IMG/VR virus record: IMGVR_UViG_3300008108_000012
DNA from: an uncultured virus (IMG/VR IMGVR_UViG_3300008108_000012)
Taxonomy: Duplodnaviria; Heunggongvirae; Uroviricota; Caudoviricetes
DNA length: 64,000 nt
Strand: one strand, 5' to 3'
In this document: one piece after another, positions 46,906-55,807 of the stretch
Layout of the letters: every line of letters starts with the position of its first letter
Numbering within the stretch: the first letter of the stretch is position 1
Position numbers and translations under genes: made by a program
The notes under the pieces: generated by a model
Told to the model about the DNA's origin: nothing
What the model saw: only the letters and a program-made list of their open reading frames with translations
Databases searched by the model: none

Positions 46906-47223
46906 TCAGTCTAGAATTCCCAACTCTTTTGCTTTGTCAACTGTGACATAACTTCCTTTGTGATGCACGATTACGCGAGCTTTAGTGAACGGAGTTATTT
47001 GTCTGTCTTCGTATATATTCTCTTCAACTAAGACTGTTTGTGTGTCTTTCATTGTTTCAAGAGTGCTGTCAGTAAATGCGATGTGATTGATACCAACTGC
47101 TTCGTTGTCTTCGTGTTGTGCGCAGTCTCCTGTTGGATGCTGGCACACAGGGCATGCGTCACGTCCTGCTCTGAGGATGGGGATGCCAAAGACAGTGTCC
47201 TGATTGCGGAATGCGTCGCTCAT
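46906..47223 (-). CDS. Hypothetical protein
   Basis: CPVC.HPTGDC motif. Confidence 0.6.
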   Translation of the reverse strand: MSDAFRNQDTVFGIPILRAGRDACPVCQHPTGDCAQHEDNEAVGINHIAFTDSTLETMKDTQTVLVEENIYEDRQITPFTKARVIVHHKGSYVTVDKAKELGILD

Positions 47224-47256
47224 TAAATAATGTTACACGGGGTTACCCGTGAGCCT

Positions 47257-47607
47257 TTAGCGTTTGAACCAGGCTAGGAATTTCTTCTTGACGCTTGCTG
47301 GCTTGACATCATTTGCGTAGATGACTTTACCATTAACTGTTGCACTGACGTCTGCTGTATCGCTCTGGAATACATTCCAAATGACATCGGCATCAACAGT
47401 GCTTGTTGTGGTGCTTGTCTGAGAAACCTTGGCGACCTTCTTCGGCGCTGCCTTCTTCTTGGGCGCAGGCTTCTTAGGTGCGCTCTTCTTGGGAGCACTG
47501 TCTTTTGCTGCAGCTCTTTTAGCTGGCACCTTCTTGGCAGGTGCTTTCTTTGCAGCGGCCTTCTTCGCAGGGGCCTTTTTGTCTGTCTTCTTCTTTGGTG
47601 TTGCCAT
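47257..47607 (-). CDS. Histone H1-like Lys/Ala/Pro-rich DNA-binding protein
   Basis: Repeated KKAPAKK units; start uncertain. Confidence 0.7.
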   Translation of the reverse strand: MATPKKKTDKKAPAKKAAAKKAPAKKVPAKRAAAKDSAPKKSAPKKPAPKKKAAPKKVAKVSQTSTTTSTVDADVIWNVFQSDTADVSATVNGKVIYANDVKPASVKKKFLAWFKR

Positions 47608-47664
47608 AACGGATACATTAGTCGCCAAATCACACCCGTGGCGTAACTAGGCTAGTATGGCTAA

Positions 47665-48294
47665 ATGGGACAGGCCAAATATCCTCATCGCCTAGACAAG
47701 TTGGCTGTATCGCTACTGAGTGCTGTGAACGCCAAGGAGCAGTGTGTCAAGCAATACGGCATTGGCGAAGACCTGCCTATGTCAATCTTCTGCTGGAAGG
47801 AAAACGGGCTAGAGCTTGTGCTGTCGTTGGCTCAAACTCCTGAGACGAGAGACCACACAGAGCGGTTCAAGCGTGTGAGCGAGGCTATATGTATCGTCAA
47901 GAAGGGATGGGGCGTAGACGCCTTTACGATGGTGTCAGAGGGCTGGGTAAGTACCAATCCTGAGGCAACGTCAGGTAGGGAGCTGAGCGAAGTCTACGTT
48001 GAGAAAGACTCACCCGTAAGCGAATGTTTGGCTATAACTCACGTAGAAAACGACGAAGTCACCTTCCTGGCTAAGCCTTATAAGCAGCTATGGGGAAGGA
48101 AGGTTGAATGGGAAGAGGAGCTGTACTTTCCTGGCAAGACGCTGGTCAGAGGACAGGACGCTATGTATCCAAACCTATTCGCCAGAGTGCTGGACGAGGT
48201 GGCCTACGAGGAACCACCTGAGGACGAGGAGACGTACTACTCCTCACTGAGTAACGGGCTGTCTGATAAAGGCTTCGCTTGCGAATGGATGTAA
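47665..48294 (+). CDS. Hypothetical protein (apparent paralogue of 27448-28023)
   Basis: AKEQCV..YG..EDLP, VSEGW and SPVSECL. Confidence 0.7.
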   Translation: MGQAKYPHRLDKLAVSLLSAVNAKEQCVKQYGIGEDLPMSIFCWKENGLELVLSLAQTPETRDHTERFKRVSEAICIVKKGWGVDAFTMVSEGWVSTNPEATSGRELSEVYVEKDSPVSECLAITHVENDEVTFLAKPYKQLWGRKVEWEEELYFPGKTLVRGQDAMYPNLFARVLDEVAYEEPPEDEETYYSSLSNGLSDKGFACEWM

Positions 48295-48314
48295 CCCGTA
48301 TCGCCCGTGGGCTT

Positions 48315-48785
48315 CTACGGTTCGAACTGCGGAGGGATGCGGCTATCGTTCTTGATGAATATATCTGCGATGTGTATCGCTTCACGAGGTATCGTGCCTG
48401 AGTAGGTATAGGACACGAGTCCTTCTGGGAGTGCGCCGGCCTTAGCAGCCTGCGTCTCGCTCTCGTTGATAGACAGCTTATCTATATCTAATCGACGTAC
48501 GTTTATTGCTAACACCTGTGCTGTGGTGAAGCTCTTCTTGTCTATGTTCGGCGTCTTTACACCGTTTACGTCGATTATCGTTATTTCGCCTATGCGGGAG
48601 AAATCTCGTATCGCGACGAATCCTGCTGCGAACTGCGGTTCGTTCGTCAAATTGACCACGCCATCAGTATTGTGTTGCAGTCCTGAGACGAGTATGGCGT
48701 CTACTGCGTCGGGGAACGTAGCGTGGTACAGCGTCTCTGGGAGTGTCGTGTTGTCCAAGATACACAGCCTTTCTTTATATCGCAT
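48315..48785 (-). CDS. ADP-ribosyltransferase/KptA-like fold protein
   Basis: LYHAT......IL..GL....V.LT; Y.G.IP..AI. Confidence 0.55.
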   Translation of the reverse strand: MRYKERLCILDNTTLPETLYHATFPDAVDAILVSGLQHNTDGVVNLTNEPQFAAGFVAIRDFSRIGEITIIDVNGVKTPNIDKKSFTTAQVLAINVRRLDIDKLSINESETQAAKAGALPEGLVSYTYSGTIPREAIHIADIFIKNDSRIPPQFEP

Positions 48786-49094
48786 CGTATATATTGTGCT
48801 GAATACAGCCTAAGGGTGGCGGCCTCAACTGTCAATAGCAAACAAAAGTATAGTCACACGGTAGGCGCGCCGGCCTCAACTGTTGTTATCACTTATGGCT
48901 TAACTGATAATAGCGCGACCCCCTATTATCACTTCGCCACTACGGGGCTCTTGTAAACTTTCTCGTCGCCGTCGGTGTGTGTGTGGGAGCGTACGATATT
49001 GTTTACAACTCCCATGTTTCCGCTGGATTTATCCAAACTCCGCTGCTAGAGTAGTGCTATGTTCATCCAGACAGCAAGGCGTAAGTAGCAGCCA

Positions 49095-49167
49095 GCCCTG
49101 ATAGCTCAATGGATAGAGCAACAGACTTCTAATCTGTAGGTTGTAGGTTCGACCCCTACTCAGGGCG
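49095..49167 (+). tRNA. tRNA-Arg(UCU)
   Basis: GCCCTGA/TCAGGGC acceptor stem; ACAGA-CT-TCT-AA-TCTGT. Confidence 0.92.
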
Positions 49168-49171
49168 CTTA

Positions 49172-49251
49172 GGGTCCGTGGCGGAATTGGCAGACGCGCT
49201 GGTTTTAGGTACCAGTTCTACGGAGTGAGGGTTCGAGTCCCTCCGGGCCCA
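49172..49251 (+). tRNA. tRNA-Leu(UAG)
   Basis: CTGGT-TT-TAG-GT-ACCAG; variable arm present. Confidence 0.9.
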
Positions 49252-49252
49252 C

Positions 49253-49474
49253 ATGAAACACATTATCCATGTTCATCAGCAGAAGATTCGTAAGTCTCTT
49301 GACGCAATCATCGACCGTACGTACAAGGGCTCTACTCACCATCGCCGGCTTGAGATTATTTGCCCCTGTGGTTGCGACGCTGTGGCGGCAACAGTCGTTC
49401 AGTCAGATACCCCTGACTCGTGTGGTGCGCGCGTATGGATTGAGGCCCAGGAGACAAGACAGATAAGCATATAG
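49253..49474 (+). CDS. Hypothetical protein
   Basis: IIHV.Q..IR...CGARVWIE phage-type motif. Confidence 0.65.
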   Translation: MKHIIHVHQQKIRKSLDAIIDRTYKGSTHHRRLEIICPCGCDAVAATVVQSDTPDSCGARVWIEAQETRQISI

Positions 49475-49648
49475 AGCTTCTGTCATTAAGCATTGGACCG
49501 TTGCTGAAAAGAAGTCCGATGGACGATAAGTCATTACTCATTTTGTGGATACCATTACTCATTTTGTGGATACATTGTGGGTACATAAAAAATGTGTGCG
49601 ACCGGCATGTTCCTGCTAAATTTATCGAAACACAAGAAGGGAATTGGG

Positions 49649-49954
49649 ATGAATGTAACCGACATCATAAATAAGTTGGCAATAGAAGGCGAGCTGTTCG
49701 ACGACTGGTTTACCGATAACGACGGGAACGACTATTTCCCGGGAACAACCATGCTCGAGGCTGCTGAATGCATACAGACCCTTCGTGCGCAGGTGGAAGA
49801 GTTGCTGCCGTACATGAAGCGCGAGATGGAGTCTTATTTGTCTATTGGTCCACCTCCGGATGGTCATGACGACGACTGCGCAGATTGCCACAGCTACAAA
49901 TCAGCGGTAGAGATACAGCAACGTCTGGCAGACGGGGAGTTTGTTCATGAATAA
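49649..49954 (+). CDS. Hypothetical protein
   Basis: RBS AAGGGA before MNVTD. Confidence 0.55.
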   Translation: MNVTDIINKLAIEGELFDDWFTDNDGNDYFPGTTMLEAAECIQTLRAQVEELLPYMKREMESYLSIGPPPDGHDDDCADCHSYKSAVEIQQRLADGEFVHE

Positions 49955-50020
49955 ATTAAAGCGTCGCTGTGGTGCTGGATAAATTTATCTATACACTGCT
50001 GGAAGAAGAAGGAAATACAG

Positions 50021-50218
50021 ATGAGTGATGATTACACCAAGGAAGACCTACACAAAGACATGGAAGCTTTGCGTAAATTAGGCCTTATAGAAGTTGTTGG
50101 CGTTCGTGAAGACGGCCAATGGCTATGGGGACCTACTCAATCAGCCTTAAACATGACTGAAGAAGAACGCGCTCAGGCTATATATGACTCGTATCAGGAC
50201 GGCTCGTTAGACGACTGA
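50021..50218 (+). CDS. Hypothetical protein
   Basis: RBS AAGGA; L...GLIE..G...DG..LW. Confidence 0.6.
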   Translation: MSDDYTKEDLHKDMEALRKLGLIEVVGVREDGQWLWGPTQSALNMTEEERAQAIYDSYQDGSLDD

Positions 50219-50373
50219 CGGCTCCACCGCATCGAGTAGCTGCGACGCTGTTCGTTTCTGCCTAACGCGAGAATTTGCTCTGTTTCCGGGAGGCTCATTA
50301 TCTTTTCGAGCCGGCGCTTTTGCTTTCTTTCGCGCTCGTATTCTCTGCGCTTGTCCGGGTCACGTATTGGCAT
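50194..50373 (-). CDS. Basic 59-aa protein
   Basis: RBS AGGAGG; MPIRDPDKRREYERERKQKRR; below the ORF-track cutoff. Confidence 0.55.
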   Translation of the reverse strand: MPIRDPDKRREYERERKQKRRLEKIMSLPETEQILALGRNEQRRSYSMRWSRQSSNEPS

Positions 50374-50620
50374 TGTCCTCCTGCGTATCTGCTGATTTCA
50401 TTAAGATATCACGAAGCATGTATGCCATATTGTTATAAACATCGAATGCTGCTGCGAATTCTGATGTCTGGTCTTTCCCTGTGGCCATTTTGTTCATTGT
50501 CAACTCGGCCATTTCTTCGTGGAATATAAATTCACTGATAATTAGGTCAGCAAGACGCTTTGTGTCTATGTCCGTTTTTCTTATTCCAAGGTGTTTTGCT
50601 AGTTGGTCGTCAATTGACAT
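50360..50620 (-). CDS. Hypothetical protein
   Basis: RBS AAGGAG. Confidence 0.65.
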   Translation of the reverse strand: MSIDDQLAKHLGIRKTDIDTKRLADLIISEFIFHEEMAELTMNKMATGKDQTSEFAAAFDVYNNMAYMLRDILMKSADTQEDNANT

Positions 50621-50630
50621 TGTTCTCCTT

Positions 50631-50666
50631 AAACAGAAAAGCCTAGGAGGATATTACCCCCTAGGC
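50631..50666 (-). terminator. Intrinsic terminator immediately upstream of an RBS
   Basis: Minus strand GCCTAGGGGG-TAATAT-CCTCCTAGGC-TTTTCTGTTT. Confidence 0.7.
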
Positions 50667-50753
50667 CGTTCCATACGCGGTGCTGAAACTCGCAGATAAA
50701 GGAGTTGCCGCGCCCTCCAGTATGTGCGCCCTAGCCGAAACTAGGCTCTATTG

Positions 50754-51203
50754 CTAGAGGTCGTACTTATCTGAAAGCATGAGTTCCGACACCTGCGCCG
50801 GAGATAACAAATACCCTTTAGCGGGATTGTCAGAGCTGGCGGCGAAGACCGTTTTCTCCATGGTCGATAAGTTCTTGCGAAGATAGCGCTTTATTCTGTC
50901 AGTTGCAACAACTACGAATGCGCCGTCAAAATGATATTGGTACACCCACCATTTTGCTGTTGTGACGTTGATGCCGCTCAGTACCCAGAGTTCATTTCCT
51001 TCAGCATCGCAGCGGCGTCCAGGCCACTGTTGAGTCTCGATAACCATTTTCCCGTTGCGGTATCGGTCGGTCTTAACTTCTATATGACCGGACGCAATGT
51101 CCTGGATAAATTTATTGATAATCTCTTCGCCCTGCTCACCAAACTCGAGGTCTTTTAAAAAATCCGGAGCGGGTATGTCGTATTTAGGGAAGTATCCAGT
51201 CAT
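50754..51203 (-). CDS. PD-(D/E)XK nuclease-like phage protein
   Basis: DL..G..GE; IEVK.D; G...IE; SGI..T.A.WW. Confidence 0.65.
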   Translation of the reverse strand: MTGYFPKYDIPAPDFLKDLEFGEQGEEIINKFIQDIASGHIEVKTDRYRNGKMVIETQQWPGRRCDAEGNELWVLSGINVTTAKWWVYQYHFDGAFVVVATDRIKRYLRKNLSTMEKTVFAASSDNPAKGYLLSPAQVSELMLSDKYDL

Positions 51204-51316
51204 GCCTACTTACTACCAGGAAATCCCAGAAAACACAACTAATAAAAAAATGGTGGGATAGGTTGCGACAGGTATTTCAAGAGGCTAATATTTGAATCTA
51301 CGAAGGAGGAATTCCA

Positions 51317-51562
51317 ATGACAAAAAAGAAACCACGTTCATACTCGGAGCTCAAGCAATCAGGTGAGGTAAAGCGCGGCCGCAAAAAGACCCAGCTTTCC
51401 GCTAAGGAAATTGCCGACCGCAAGGAGCGCGAGAATCTCGCAAACCGCCAACGTCAGGAAGCACGTCGCCGTGCAGCGATGGTACTGCAGCACAACTACC
51501 GCGATGAGTTCTCTGAGCTTTACCAGCGCGAGCTCGCCAACATTCAGTCCGAAGACAACTAA
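51317..51562 (+). CDS. Basic AT-hook-like protein
   Basis: RBS AAGGAGG; KRGRK. Confidence 0.65.
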   Translation: MTKKKPRSYSELKQSGEVKRGRKKTQLSAKEIADRKERENLANRQRQEARRRAAMVLQHNYRDEFSELYQRELANIQSEDN

Positions 51563-51612
51563 GACTTGTAGCGATGCTGTCTCTGACCATACGAATACAG
51601 GCCTAAATGCAG

Positions 51613-51685
51613 GCCCTTGTAGCTCAGTGGTTAGAGCAGCATCCTTATAAGATGTTGGCCGTGGGTTCAATTCCCATCAGGGGCA
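51613..51685 (+). tRNA. tRNA-Ile(UAU)
   Basis: GCCCTTG/CAGGGGC acceptor stem; GCATC-CT-TAT-AA-GATGT. Confidence 0.85.
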
Positions 51686-51701
51686 CACAGAAGGGAAACT
51701 T

Positions 51702-52016
51702 ATGCCAAACAACAAAGGGACGCTGGGAGAAATACATGTTGGCGGGGATGACTTCGATGTCGTTTACGTCATCTGGCACACATCAGACCCATCAAACAGA
51801 TGGTTCGTTACGGTAGAAGGAACCGGACAGCGAGCAATATTAAAGTCGCTAGTAGATAGACGACCTCACCCTGCAAATCTCGGATATACGCAAGATGCGT
51901 GGACGTACAACATTGTCGATGAAAAGACTTGGTTGAGAATGAACGCCGGCGGACTTCCAATACCACCAAAAAAATTTCTCATTGCGCAGGGTGATGAGAA
52001 AGCATCCGCAAACTGA
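51702..52016 (+). CDS. Hypothetical protein
   Basis: RBS AAGGGA. Confidence 0.6.
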   Translation: MPNNKGTLGEIHVGGDDFDVVYVIWHTSDPSNRWFVTVEGTGQRAILKSLVDRRPHPANLGYTQDAWTYNIVDEKTWLRMNAGGLPIPPKKFLIAQGDEKASAN

Positions 52017-52024
52017 AGGAAAAC

Positions 52025-52630
52025 ATGCCCTACGACCAAAACAACAGATGGGTTAAGCCCAAATTGGCCCGACGTCCAATGACTAATCATGTACGTCCAG
52101 GAACAAGCAAATTAATCAAAGATGACTCAATGAGTCTCTGGCTAGGGCTTCAGACATGGTCTGACTTTGCTCAAAGCCTGCACCAGTACTACTCAACCAA
52201 TGGCGGCTTCACTGAGAAGCAAATGATGTCGGCAGAAAAATTGCGAATCAAAGTTGACCAGAATTATGACCCTTATGGAAAGGGAATTGAGGATGGCGTT
52301 TACATAGATGACGAATATAAATACATCTTCAAAATTTCTCTCGTAACCAACAGCAACGACAAGCAAATACGGTCAGTGAGAAAGCGTTTGATAGAGATGT
52401 CTGGATGGTCGGATGTAAAACTTGCATCAAATAAAGCCACACTGTTTGAGTGCATCAAGACAGGTACATTTCGAATGCTAGACAACGACGAACTGATAGC
52501 AATTGGAAGAAGAACAGGAATATGCTGCGACTGCGGCAAGGTTCTCGACAATCCTCAAAGTGTCGCTGCAGGTATCGGGCCGTATTGTGCAAAGATTCGT
52601 AAATCCCAGAATAAAAAGGAAACGAAATAA
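52025..52630 (+). CDS. DUF6011-like protein
   Basis: C..CG..L..P.S.A.GIGP.C. Confidence 0.75.
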   Translation: MPYDQNNRWVKPKLARRPMTNHVRPGTSKLIKDDSMSLWLGLQTWSDFAQSLHQYYSTNGGFTEKQMMSAEKLRIKVDQNYDPYGKGIEDGVYIDDEYKYIFKISLVTNSNDKQIRSVRKRLIEMSGWSDVKLASNKATLFECIKTGTFRMLDNDELIAIGRRTGICCDCGKVLDNPQSVAAGIGPYCAKIRKSQNKKETK

Positions 52631-52716
52631 ATGAGTGAATTTATATCGATGATTATTGGGCATGTTGCAGTTTTGTGCTGCGGCATTTTTATGGGCAAGT
52701 CTTTTAAATAGTCATT

Positions 52717-52792
52717 GGGCGTGTAGCCCAGCGGCAGAGGCAGGGGACTTAAAATCCCTCAAGCGTGGGTTCGAATCCCACCACGCCCACCA
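52717..52792 (+). tRNA. tRNA-Leu(UAA), short variable loop, encoded CCA
   Basis: GGGGA-CT-TAA-AA-TCCCT; GGGCGTG/CACGCCC acceptor stem. Confidence 0.9.
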
Positions 52793-52793
52793 A

Positions 52794-52869
52794 GCTTCCG
52801 TAGCTCAGCGGATAGAGCGCCGGTTTCCTAAACCGTCGGCCGCAGGTTCGAGTCCTGCCGGAAGCGCCA
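52794..52869 (+). tRNA. tRNA-Arg(CCU), encoded CCA
   Basis: GCTTCCG/CGGAAGC acceptor stem; anticodon CCT. Confidence 0.9.
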
Positions 52870-52870
52870 A

Positions 52871-52945
52871 TGGGGAATGGTGTAATTGGCAACACGCCAG
52901 GTTTTGGTCCTGAAGTTCGGGGTTCGAGTCCTCGCTCCCCAACCA
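52871..52945 (+). tRNA. tRNA-Gln(UUG), encoded CCA
   Basis: CAGG-TT-TTG-GT-CCTG; TTCGAGT T-loop. Confidence 0.9.
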
Positions 52946-52963
52946 ATACAGCAAAAGGAAAGT

Positions 52964-53209
52964 ATGCAATTAGAAACGCTTATTCAATGCCTTCGTAATG
53001 AAGGGTTAAATTTATCCAAAGACGTTGATTCGCCAATTGGTCATATATCTGGTCTTTTGTTGGAGGCCGCCGACGCCATAGAAGAACAGGTGAAACTCGG
53101 TGATGAATTACATACAGCACTGCATCACGCTTTGCAATGTTCGGAACCAGAGTGTTTGAACTTTGATTCTCTATGCGATTGGTGGGAGCTTACGCGCAGC
53201 TATTCGTAA
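52964..53209 (+). CDS. Hypothetical protein
   Basis: RBS AAAGGA before MQLET; LLLEAADAIE. Confidence 0.6.
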   Translation: MQLETLIQCLRNEGLNLSKDVDSPIGHISGLLLEAADAIEEQVKLGDELHTALHHALQCSEPECLNFDSLCDWWELTRSYS

Positions 53210-53853
53210 GGGTTGTTTTCTACAGAACCGATTCGTGTATCTATTCTGGAGCTGCCGCCAGGGTATATGTTGCGTAACCTTTCGCCGTCTGCAGTGGTTA
53301 TTGCTCCACCGTGTATTACTTTGCCAGGGCTAAATCCGTAGCAGGCGTTCACAACATCGCACACGCCAAACATCATGACAGAAATCCTCTTGCGTCGCCA
53401 TTTTGGTGCGGTAGTAATCTGTTGAATCATCGGGTCACCGGCACGCCAGTTAATCATGCCTGCCCATGAGGACATGTACTCTTTTTCAAGAACTTGAGAC
53501 GCCTCTGGGCCGTCTAATACGGTCCCCCAGGGGTATCTGTCGTCTGCGAATCCAAGAAGAATCAAGTGGGCAGGCTGAATGTGTCTCCCATCAAGAAGCA
53601 CAAACCACATTTTTACTACTTCGTCTTCTGGTCCAAAAACTTCTTCACGGTAGTACTTAACTACCAGACGACCTTCAGCGTCGACTTCTCCGCGACCCCA
53701 TTCTGTTGGGTCATTACTTGGCAGTTCTTCGTCAGATGTATACCAACGTTTAGGCTGTGCATCCATTCCAGACGACAACCAGCGGATGTCAAAGAAGCGG
53801 TCGCTAAGTTTTTCACCAGTATCTAATGCGTATGTTGATGGGAATTTTGCCAT
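53200..53853 (-). CDS. Hypothetical protein, possible GNAT-like C-terminus
   Basis: I.T.P.WRRK.I...M; T.DG. Confidence 0.55.
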   Translation of the reverse strand: MAKFPSTYALDTGEKLSDRFFDIRWLSSGMDAQPKRWYTSDEELPSNDPTEWGRGEVDAEGRLVVKYYREEVFGPEDEVVKMWFVLLDGRHIQPAHLILLGFADDRYPWGTVLDGPEASQVLEKEYMSSWAGMINWRAGDPMIQQITTAPKWRRKRISVMMFGVCDVVNACYGFSPGKVIHGGAITTADGERLRNIYPGGSSRIDTRIGSVENNPYE

Positions 53854-53862
53854 ACGGCAAGA

Positions 53863-54558
53863 CTAGTCGTTCCACCACGCTGTCCATGGTTTTGCTGGAG
53901 CAGAAACCGCTTCTGTATCGTGAATGCCTGTGTATGCAACCGAGATTGTGACCTTTGCATCATCTTCGTATCCTGTCCAGTCGCCACCATTGGCGTAGAC
54001 GAACATCTGGAGGAACTCGTCAGTATTCATAACTGCGACATCTGTGGCGTATTTCCGTGCGTTGTACTCAGTTTCGTTATCCCAACTGTTGTTGAACGCA
54101 GTTCCTTTATCAACAAGTGCCACGGCAGTACTGCGAAGGCTTGACACATTGCCGCCGACCCACGAAGAAGAGGCAAATGCACCGATTCGTCCTGCTGCGT
54201 CGTCTGGGTTTCCAAGCCACATTGTTGGCTTCAGGTCTTCGTCAATGCTGCCAGAATATGTGAAAACATCCTCAAACCCCCATACTAGGTCTGTTGGGTT
54301 GTCAATTGCATTGTGCTGTGTCTTGGAGTTCTTTGATTTGATTACAGCCAAAGACAACTTTCTTTCTGTTGTCTCAACATCTACAGTTTCCCCATCGCCC
54401 TGCCATAGACCTGCTGTTGGGCCGTAATTCTGTTGCGTAGTGAACCAGATTTTCTCAATCTTGACTCGGAACGGAAAAGACACATTCAAGAAAGAAGGGT
54501 CGCTGTCTCTGACGGTCCATTCATAGTTGACGATTGATGGCGCAATAATTCCGGACAT
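53863..54558 (-). CDS. Hypothetical protein
   Basis: RBS GAGG; 231 aa. Confidence 0.65.
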   Translation of the reverse strand: MSGIIAPSIVNYEWTVRDSDPSFLNVSFPFRVKIEKIWFTTQQNYGPTAGLWQGDGETVDVETTERKLSLAVIKSKNSKTQHNAIDNPTDLVWGFEDVFTYSGSIDEDLKPTMWLGNPDDAAGRIGAFASSSWVGGNVSSLRSTAVALVDKGTAFNNSWDNETEYNARKYATDVAVMNTDEFLQMFVYANGGDWTGYEDDAKVTISVAYTGIHDTEAVSAPAKPWTAWWND

Positions 54559-54609
54559 GTTTGACCTCGTTCGATATATGAGTACAATACAATTTTAACA
54601 TCCATACAA

Positions 54610-54683
54610 CCGGACATAGCGCAGCTTGGTAGCGCACCTGCTTTGGGAGCAGGGGGTCGTAGGTTCAAATCCTGCTGTCCGGA
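54610..54683 (+). tRNA. tRNA-Pro(UGG)
   Basis: CCGGACA/TGTCCGG acceptor stem; CCTGC-TT-TGG-GA-GCAGG. Confidence 0.92.
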
Positions 54684-54685
54684 CG

Positions 54686-54873
54686 TTAGAGGGCTTGCAG
54701 CATGTACAGCTGTTGGTTAAATGAGGCAAGTAAGAGCGATAGTACTTAAAGCAGAGATTAACGTTAGAGGCATATTAAGGTTATGTGCTGAAAGTTAGGG
54801 TTTACCTAACACCTTGTTTGAGCGTTACTTTGAAGCTGGCTGGAACCGTTACGAAAGAAGCTAAACCCTCTAA
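54686..54873 (+). ncRNA. Candidate structured ncRNA of unknown class, 188 nt
   Basis: Fills the tRNA-Pro/tRNA-Thr gap; ends pair (TTAGAGGG/CCCTCTAA); nested stems and two internal hairpins. Confidence 0.5.
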
Positions 54874-54876
54874 TTT

Positions 54877-54948
54877 GCCCTTGTAGCTCAGTGGCAGAGC
54901 AACCGCCTTGTAAGCGGTAGGTCGTCAGTTCAATCCTGACCAAGGGCT
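54877..54948 (+). tRNA. tRNA-Thr(UGU)
   Basis: GCCCTTG/CAAGGGC acceptor stem; ACCGC-CT-TGT-AA-GCGGT. Confidence 0.92.
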
Positions 54949-54994
54949 CAAAAAATAGTTGACAAAAAACAAAAAAGGGTATAGCCTTACATTT

Positions 54995-55297
54995 ATGACC
55001 TACCTACCTAATACCTGGATGGACTTTTCGCTATGTCGCGGCCAGTCTCACCTATTTTTCCCTTCTCCAAATATTGTGGGGAAAAAACGTGCTGCGCTAC
55101 AAAAGCAAGCATTGGAGATTTGCGCTAAGTGTCCTGTTTCTGAACCGTGTCGTGAATACGGCGTAATGACGCAGTCACTAGGAATATGGGGCGGAGAAAC
55201 TGAAGAGCAACGCGGGGAGCGTGGACTTCCTGTATCAATAGATGTCCAGCGCCGTATAAAGCGCCAGCAAGAAAAAGAAAAATCAGTTATAAACTGA
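54995..55297 (+). CDS. whiB: WhiB-family transcription factor (copy 3), probably leaderless
   Basis: C...CxxC-x5-C and GIWGG; TTGACA(54959)-17-TAGCCT ends 7 nt before the ATG. Confidence 0.88.
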   Translation: MTYLPNTWMDFSLCRGQSHLFFPSPNIVGKKRAALQKQALEICAKCPVSEPCREYGVMTQSLGIWGGETEEQRGERGLPVSIDVQRRIKRQQEKEKSVIN

Positions 55298-55302
55298 CAG
55301 AC

Positions 55303-55375
<73 letters not shown>

Positions 55376-55559
55376 CTATGGAAAATGAACAAAAATTTGC
55401 CGCCGCAGTAGCTATTGTGGCGATTATTCTAGGGTACGTTGTACTCCTGCTGGGCTGGTGACATGAATTTCTACATGTATTTCAGTGGTCTATTTATAGG
55501 CTGTGTCGTCGGTTATTTCATTGGATTTGCAGCGGGAAACAAAAAGCGAAAGAGATGAC

Positions 55560-55799
55560 ATGAGCGAAACAACATGGACATGGGTCCTTCTTGGGATGGA
55601 GTTCCTTGGTGTTTTTGGCATGTGGAATGTCGGCAACAGAAAATGGTGGGGATGGGCTCTGGTGTTGGTGCACTCCCTACCATGGCTTGCATACTCTATA
55701 ATTTTCAATAAGCCTGGATTTATAGCCATGAGCTTTTTATGGATATCTATGCATCTTCGAAACACGGTCAAGTGGTTCCGGGAGCAGCGTCACACCTAG
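55560..55799 (+). CDS. Small three-TM membrane protein (half PnuC/SWEET-like)
   Basis: G.......K.WGW......W..Y pattern. Confidence 0.55.
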   Translation: MSETTWTWVLLGMEFLGVFGMWNVGNRKWWGWALVLVHSLPWLAYSIIFNKPGFIAMSFLWISMHLRNTVKWFREQRHT

Positions 55800-55807
55800 G
55801 GGGTGTT

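Noticed and set aside
54686..54873. Naming the inter-tRNA element 6S RNA, tmRNA or an intron
   Set aside because: No diagnostic sequence motif recognised and the flanking tRNAs are intact; kept only as an unclassified candidate
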